From positions 292,509 to 339,086 of the forward strand of contig JABGUJ010000003.1 in the NCBI GenBank assembly GCA_018646625.1: 46,578 nt of DNA. The letters run 5' to 3'. Every line of letters begins with the position of its first letter. The stretch's first letter is position 1. The DNA is from Candidatus Woesearchaeota archaeon (GTDB lineage Archaea > Nanobdellota > Nanobdellia > Woesearchaeales > JABGUJ01). The translations under genes and the position numbers were made by a program. Shown piece after piece: positions 45,245-46,578 of this stretch. The notes under the pieces are model-generated. The model was not told where the DNA came from. It searched no databases and saw only the letters and a list, made by a program, of their open reading frames with translations.

Positions 45245-46444
45245 ATGGCATCAATAGAATATGAAGATATAGAATTTGAAGAAAAGGACAACAAAATAAT
45301 TGCAACCTTCTTAGACATCTATGAATTCACAATAAATAAAGAAGAGTTAGAAAAGTTAGGAGAATGTAAAATCAATAAACATTCAATAGAAATCACCACA
45401 CAAAGTGAAGAGAAAGCCACAAACAAAATAAATTTTTTAGTAGAGTGTGGATTAAACCAACTCACAAACAAAATATCAAAACAACCAACCACTTACATTC
45501 ACAGATTATCTAACATTCCATTAATCGGTACACCATCATTCGGCATAGTAGACAAAGGCACAAATTTTCTTGAGATAAAACCAATCACATCATGCAACAT
45601 TGATTGCATATACTGCTCTGTTGATGAAGGATTAAGTTCAAAGAAAACAAGGGATTACGTAATAGAAGAGGAATACTTGTTTGATGAATTAAAAAAACTA
45701 GTAGAATTTAAAGAATGCGATGAATTAGAAGTTTACATCAACCCTAATGGGGAACCATTACTATACCAACCATTAACAAAACTAATCCAAGACATGCATT
45801 CTCTAAAACAAATTAAAAAAATTCACCTAATAACAAACGGAACACTATTGTCAAAAGAGAAAATAGACACACTAACAGAAGCAGGATTAACTAACATCAG
45901 TTTATCGTTAAGCTCATTAAACAATAAAGAAATAATGGGAAAGACATGTAATCTAGACCACATAAAGGAAATGGCAGAATACGCCAGCAAAAAACTCAAT
46001 CTAACTTTAACGCCCGTCTGGATTCCCAAAGTCAATGACGAAGAAATCGACAAGATTGTACAGTTTTCAAAAGAAATAAACGTTAAGATAGCAATTCAGA
46101 ATTTTTTAGTTCATAAAGGTGGCAGAAAACCCACAAAAAAAGAAAAGTCCTGGGAAGAGTTCTACGAACAATTAGAAGAACTAGAGAAAAAGCACGATGT
46201 AAAATTATCATTCCAAGAAGAACAACCAAAAATTATCAAAACAAAAGAATATGAAACCCCTTTCAAAAAGAATGAAGTACTAGAAGCAAGAATTGTTTGT
46301 CCTGGACGAAAACCCAAAGAACAAATAGTCAGAGCAATGCATAGAGCAATCACAGTTATTGATTCAAACAGAAATTCCGGAAAAATAAAGATGAAAATTG
46401 TAAGAGCAGCTCATAACATTCTATTAGCTAAATTCTGTCGTTAG
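45245..46444 (+). CDS. Radical SAM protein with C-terminal TRAM-like domain
   Basis: PLIG..FGIVDKGTN.LEIKPITSCNIDCIYCSVDEG (CxxxCxxC), GEPLLY, TNG. Confidence 0.92.
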   Translation: MASIEYEDIEFEEKDNKIIATFLDIYEFTINKEELEKLGECKINKHSIEITTQSEEKATNKINFLVECGLNQLTNKISKQPTTYIHRLSNIPLIGTPSFGIVDKGTNFLEIKPITSCNIDCIYCSVDEGLSSKKTRDYVIEEEYLFDELKKLVEFKECDELEVYINPNGEPLLYQPLTKLIQDMHSLKQIKKIHLITNGTLLSKEKIDTLTEAGLTNISLSLSSLNNKEIMGKTCNLDHIKEMAEYASKKLNLTLTPVWIPKVNDEEIDKIVQFSKEINVKIAIQNFLVHKGGRKPTKKEKSWEEFYEQLEELEKKHDVKLSFQEEQPKIIKTKEYETPFKKNEVLEARIVCPGRKPKEQIVRAMHRAITVIDSNRNSGKIKMKIVRAAHNILLAKFCR

Positions 46445-46475
46445 AAAAAAGAGAAAAAGAAAAAAAAGAAAAAAA
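46445..46475 (-). terminator. Oligo-T terminator (minus strand)
   Basis: Long A-tract on the plus strand just beyond the stop at 46487. Confidence 0.55.
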
Positions 46476-46486
46476 GGTCAAAGACC

Positions 46487-46576
46487 TTATTGTGGCATGC
46501 CTACCTTGATATCTTCCAAGCTAGTTCCGCTAACTTCAACTTCAGTACCAGATAACTGATACATGTTGTAGTTTGC
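46487..46576 (-). CDS. C-terminal fragment of a gene extending beyond the window; resembles an S-layer protein C-terminus
   Basis: My translation: ANYNMYQLSGTEVEVSGTSLEDIKVGMPQ-stop, followed by a strong T-tract. The family call is from recalled resemblance only. Confidence 0.5.
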   Translation of the reverse strand, partial: ANYNMYQLSGTEVEVSGTSLEDIKVGMPQ

Positions 46577-46578
46577 AA

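Noticed and set aside
329..46353. Numerous 60-137 aa ORFs antisense to or nested in long genes (e.g. 2251..2652, 4897..5310, 12020..12415, 24279..24650, 26800..27198, 36373..36735)
   Set aside because: They overlap well-supported genes and show no recognisable motifs or RBS.
1..46578. CRISPR array, rRNA, integrase or transposase
   Set aside because: No regularly spaced repeat-spacer series, rRNA-like segment or recombinase/transposase motifs were seen.

Overview
AT-rich archaeal chromosomal segment, most consistent with a DPANN archaeon of the Woesearchaeota type. This is inferred from TFB, the GINS-L44e-S27e-aIF2alpha-Nop10-PAC2 gene run, AMP phosphorylase, a tandem Lrp/AsnC regulator, TATA/BRE promoters, and bacterial-type iPGM and enolase. 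It holds about 50 CDS, tRNA-Val(GAC), tRNA-Ser(TGA) and two toxin-antitoxin-like pairs. No CRISPR array, rRNA or transposase was seen. Most unusual items: (1) a bacterial-type class I release factor with an intact GGQ but no SPF/PxT stop-codon reading motif, behind an archaeal promoter; (2) a PyrE with a second, degenerate PRTase copy nested in its flexible loop; (3) an SbnA-like PLP enzyme + deacetylase + ATP-grasp ligase cluster with a structured leader, followed by two amidohydrolases and a C39-like peptidase; (4) two tandem ~560-aa paralogues of unknown function; (5) structurally modified PurA, PyrBI and PyrF; (6) a 31-bp motif repeated beside both TA loci. Several of these proteins are Arg-rich/Lys-poor, unlike the housekeeping proteins. 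All calls come from reading motifs by eye; no database search was run.
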